Origin: Opitutales bacterium
GTDB lineage: Bacteria; Verrucomicrobiota; Verrucomicrobiia; Opitutales; Coraliomargaritaceae
Assembly: GCA_049606355.1 (NCBI GenBank)
Contig: JBMYVL010000002.1
Location: 90,001-122,000, forward strand
Reading direction: 5' to 3'
DNA: 32,000 nucleotides
Part shown: one piece after another, positions 28,887 through 32,000 of the stretch
Numbering within the stretch: position 1 is the first letter of the stretch
Layout: every line of letters begins with the position of its first letter
Made by a program: the position numbers and the translations under genes
The notes under the pieces: model-generated
Seen by the model: only the letters and a program-made list of their open reading frames with translations
Told to the model about the DNA's origin: nothing
The model's database searches: none

Positions 28887-28937
28887 GCAAAAGGAAAGTT
28901 GGAGCTTAAGTCGTTGTTCAACTAAACTGTCAACTCT
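28877..28937 (-). repeat. Direct repeat copy B: a duplicated tRNA-Leu 5' end (GCTCGGGTGGTG) plus promoter-like region, not followed by a tRNA body
   Basis: See copy A. The minus-strand TTGACA lies at 28928..28933. After the 12 tRNA-like nt the sequence diverges into the inverted-repeat element at 28819..28886. Confidence 0.8.
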
Positions 28938-28980
28938 CCGCTGAGATAATCACTATCGAGTCCTGCGTGCGTACACGTAT

Positions 28981-31209
28981 TTAGGTCGTGATTGCTGCGA
29001 TAATGCCATCCACCGATTGGGCCCGCTTGATCTGCTCGCGAGTGCGATCGGAGCGGCAGTTGCGCGCGATGTCGGCCAGTGTTGCCAAGTGCCCTTCGTC
29101 GTCACCGACTGGACTCAGTAGAAAAAAGACGAAGTCGATTGCTTTAGAATGCCCCTCAACCTGCAAGCCTTTCTCCAAATGAGCGACAAAGCACACCCGT
29201 GTATCCAAACCCTGGCAATGAGCATGCGGTATCGCGATCCCATGCCCGATGAATGCAGGGAAAACTTTCTGTTGTGCGTCTAGGTCGACCAAAATCGAAT
29301 CGGTTGATATGCCTTCGATGTGTTGCGCAGCGACTTGAGTGAGTTGTGTGTACAGATCGGGAATCGAGTCTGCTTGCACGCTGGTGTAGTCGCCGGATTG
29401 TAGGGCGCGCAGTAGGAAGCCCTTGGCGCGTCGCAAGCATAGAACTTCGTCGTCGTCTTTTGCCATGTCCTTGAGTGCGGCGTCATTCGGTACTGCTTTG
29501 AGCGTACGACCGCGGCGAATGAAAAGCGGGTGCCAATCCCCTGAGGGTAGCGTCATGCCTGTGCGCCAGGTGACAGTCTCAAAACTACTTTCATCCTGCA
29601 TGAGTTCGCTTCCGATCACCGACGGACGGGTCAAATCGCCAAAAACGGACTGTCCGGTAATTTGATCCGCTTCGTGCGGACTATCTTGCGGAATCCAGCC
29701 AAAGACCTTCTCGTTGTCGAGATTCTCTGCCCAGCGCTGCATCAAGATCTGATTGAATTCAATGTTGTCCGTCAGCGCGAGTACATAGCCTGCAGCAAAC
29801 AACAACTGTTCCTCCTCATAGAGTTTTTCTGCCTCCATGCCATCGCAATTCAGAGCGGTCAGTCCATCGCGACGTGCTAGGGCAACGTTGCGTGCATTGG
29901 TATCCAGTAAAATCACTGATTGGTCTTCATCGCGGACCAAGCGTCGTGCTAATTCACGTGCGAAGTAGTGCGCCCCGATAATCACCCAGTCATTGGGTGC
30001 GGGGCGCTGTAGGCGGAGGAAGCGCGCAACAAGCCCAGACGATAAGCCCTGGATGAGCACGGTCGCACAAATGACCGAATAGACAAAGGACTCAATTAAG
30101 GCAGGCGCGTTACTGCTTGGATCCTTTGCCGCAAGGGAGAGGGCAAAGAGTGAGGCCATCGAAGCGGCAACGACGCCTCGTGGTGCCACCCAACTGAGTA
30201 GGGCGCGTTCGCTTACTTTCAGTGGCGTGCCCCAGGCGGACGCGACCACACTGATCGGACGAACCAATAAAATTACCGAAAGCAGTACCCAGCCACCGCC
30301 GAGGTCGAAAAAGTTTTGGAACTGCTCCAGTTGTAGGCGCGACACGAGCAGGAGGAAGAGAAGCCCGATCAACAAGTCGACGATCTCCGCCTTAAAGGCT
30401 TTGATTTCGCGCAACTGCCGCGGTTTCTTCAGCCCAACGATCAAGCCCGCAACCGTGACTGCCAGTAAGCCCGCTTCAGGACGGATCAACTCAGTTAAGC
30501 CAAAGATCAGCATCGCGCTGGCGACTGCAAAGGCATTGACAATGTTGTCCGGCACTAAGCTGCGGTGCATGGCTTGATAAATGCCATAGCCGCCAATACC
30601 ACCAATCGCCGCACCACTAACGATACGTATCAAGAAATTCGGTAAAGCGACCGTACCGCCTCCTTCGACGACCCATTCGTAGCAAAGAATCGCAATAAAC
30701 ACGCCAATGGAATCGATTAGGACAGCTTCCCAATGGAGTACGCTCCCTAGACGTTGTTGAATGCGAATACGGCGCAACAATGGCACGATTACGGTGGGAC
30801 CCGTTACGATGATGAGACTACCCATCAACAGTGCCATGGAGGGTGTGGTGCTAAAGACAATGTATACCGTCAGCGCGGAACCAAGCCAAGTGATCACCAC
30901 GCCGATTGTCAGCAAGCGTCGAATGACGGTCGAGGTTTGCGTGAAGCCTTTCAGGTCGAGCGTCAACCCCCCTTCGAACAGTATGAGCGCGACCGCTAGG
31001 GAAACAATGGATGGTAAGAGATCTCCAAGAGCGTCCGCATTGAGAATAGCTAAGCCTTCGGAACCCAAAGCAAAACCGCCCAGCAGCAACAATACGATGG
31101 TGGGCAAGTGGAGGCGACGCGCCAGAACCGTCAAAAAACAACCGGCGCCGATCGCCAGACAAAGTGACCAAAGTGCATCCTGACTTTCAAGCGTCGCAAT
31201 ACTGACCAT
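28981..31209 (-). CDS. Cation:proton antiporter (CPA1/NhaP-type Na+/H+ exchanger) fused to an RCK/TrkA-like region and a C-terminal PTS EIIA type-2 (EIIA-Ntr-like) domain
   Basis: 742 aa. The first ~400 aa are a polytopic Na_H_exchanger-like region (LLLLGGFALGSEGL, ..FEGGLTLDL.., GPTVIVPLL, SWVAPRGVVAA). A soluble region follows (WVIIGAHYFARELARRLV...VILLDTN...). The last ~140 aa carry the EIIA-2 hallmark FPAFIGHGIAIPHAHC (phosphorylatable His codon at 29224..29226) and FVFFLLSPVGDDEGHLATLADIAR. Confidence 0.85.
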   Translation of the reverse strand: MVSIATLESQDALWSLCLAIGAGCFLTVLARRLHLPTIVLLLLGGFALGSEGLAILNADALGDLLPSIVSLAVALILFEGGLTLDLKGFTQTSTVIRRLLTIGVVITWLGSALTVYIVFSTTPSMALLMGSLIIVTGPTVIVPLLRRIRIQQRLGSVLHWEAVLIDSIGVFIAILCYEWVVEGGGTVALPNFLIRIVSGAAIGGIGGYGIYQAMHRSLVPDNIVNAFAVASAMLIFGLTELIRPEAGLLAVTVAGLIVGLKKPRQLREIKAFKAEIVDLLIGLLFLLLVSRLQLEQFQNFFDLGGGWVLLSVILLVRPISVVASAWGTPLKVSERALLSWVAPRGVVAASMASLFALSLAAKDPSSNAPALIESFVYSVICATVLIQGLSSGLVARFLRLQRPAPNDWVIIGAHYFARELARRLVRDEDQSVILLDTNARNVALARRDGLTALNCDGMEAEKLYEEEQLLFAAGYVLALTDNIEFNQILMQRWAENLDNEKVFGWIPQDSPHEADQITGQSVFGDLTRPSVIGSELMQDESSFETVTWRTGMTLPSGDWHPLFIRRGRTLKAVPNDAALKDMAKDDDEVLCLRRAKGFLLRALQSGDYTSVQADSIPDLYTQLTQVAAQHIEGISTDSILVDLDAQQKVFPAFIGHGIAIPHAHCQGLDTRVCFVAHLEKGLQVEGHSKAIDFVFFLLSPVGDDEGHLATLADIARNCRSDRTREQIKRAQSVDGIIAAITT

Positions 31210-31254
31210 AAGGTATACGGGCTGGACTTATTCTTAATGCAGCGAAAGCAAGCT

Positions 31255-32000
31255 TCAATCGCCCAACTCGTGGCACATGCCAAGGGCAGGGGAGACCTCA
31301 CTGGTTTTGCCAATCACTACGGCAGGAACTCCCGCTACGCTGGAATGCGGTGGTACATCCTTCAGTACCACACTACCGGCTCCAACTTTCGCGCCCTTGC
31401 CGATCTCCACGTTCCCAAGGATCTTAGCTCCCGCACCGAGTAATACACCGGAGCGTACTTTGGGGTGGCGATCGCCGCGCTCTTTGCCCGTACCTCCCAA
31501 GGTGACTTCGTGTAAAATCGACACGTCCTTTTCGATGACTGTGGTTTCACCCGCCACAAAGCCAGTTGCGTGATCCAGAAGGATACCACAATCAATGCGC
31601 GCAGCAGGGTGGATATCGACGGCGAAAGTCTCCGCGATCAGACTTTGCAAATACAGCGCAAATTCACGACGCTCATGGCGCCAGAGATAGTGGGCGACTC
31701 GGTAACACACCAGCGCCTGAAATCCCTTAAAATAAAGCAAGGGAGTGAGCACATCGGGGCAAGCGGGATCGCGATCACAGACCGCCTGCATATCGCCCGC
31801 AATCTGTCGCAAAATGTCGGGCTCAGACTCAAAGGCTTCCAGGAATGTGGCATGCAGCACCTCGACCGAAGCGGCATGGTTTGCCAGCTTGCGGGTAATT
31901 CGGTATGCAAGGCACTCCGCAAAGGAGCGGCGCTCGAGAACCGTTTCGTTGCAGAGAGTCTCCAGTCCTGGTTCACGCTCGACGACTGCAGCAGCCAAGT
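31255..32000 (-). CDS. cysE: Serine O-acetyltransferase. The N-terminus probably lies beyond the right window edge.
   Basis: DMQAVCDRDPACPDVLTPLLYFKGFQALVCYRVAHYLW, DIHPAARIDCGILLDHATGFVAGETTVIEKDVSILHEVTLGGTGKERGDRHPKVRSGVLLGAGAKILGNVEIGKGAKVGAGSVV aligns closely with E. coli CysE, including the hexapeptide repeats. By alignment to E. coli CysE, ~15-20 N-terminal residues are missing, so the TTG start at 31998 in the track is probably not the true start. Confidence 0.9.
   Translation of the reverse strand, partial: LAAAVVEREPGLETLCNETVLERRSFAECLAYRITRKLANHAASVEVLHATFLEAFESEPDILRQIAGDMQAVCDRDPACPDVLTPLLYFKGFQALVCYRVAHYLWRHERREFALYLQSLIAETFAVDIHPAARIDCGILLDHATGFVAGETTVIEKDVSILHEVTLGGTGKERGDRHPKVRSGVLLGAGAKILGNVEIGKGAKVGAGSVVLKDVPPHSSVAGVPAVVIGKTSEVSPALGMCHELGD

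Overview
This is a gene-dense, almost entirely housekeeping chromosomal segment with about 30 protein genes and 2 RNA genes. It comes from a Gram-negative-type bacterium, judged from Sec/Tat signal peptides, a TonB-like protein, a lytic transglycosylase and ExoD. A PVC/Verrucomicrobia-like origin is only a guess from protein style. Gene order: nadE (partial, -), maf, a TonB-like membrane protein, an RluA-family pseudouridine synthase, a lytic transglycosylase, a hypothetical membrane protein (-), sufS, sufU, an orphan kinase-like hypothetical (-), SRP RNA, dnaX (split over two frames at an A10 run), msrB, a Tat-exported alkaline phosphatase, cysJ (-) divergent from cysI, exoD (-), nadD-rsfS, a membrane protein plus hybrid histidine kinase, pheS-pheT-gatC-gatA-gatB, a DEAD-box helicase, tRNA-Leu(UAG) (-), a Na+/H+ antiporter-RCK-EIIA fusion (-) and cysE (partial, -). 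I see no transposase, integrase, phage gene, CRISPR array, toxin-antitoxin pair or recognisable defence gene. I therefore cannot point to a clear multi-gene novel system; this looks like core genome. The observations most worth a second look are: (1) a dnaX recoding site with the E. coli heptamer A AAA AAG inside an A10 run, where the zero frame stops at once and the -1 frame carries the tau-like extension; (2) a duplicated tRNA-Leu promoter and 5' end with a 68-nt three-helix inverted-repeat element between the copies; (3) an orphan 355-aa protein with a protein-kinase-like catalytic motif pattern; (4) an antiporter fused to RCK and a PTS EIIA(Ntr)-type domain; (5) a perfect 10-bp inverted repeat centred in the divergent cysJ/cysI control region.
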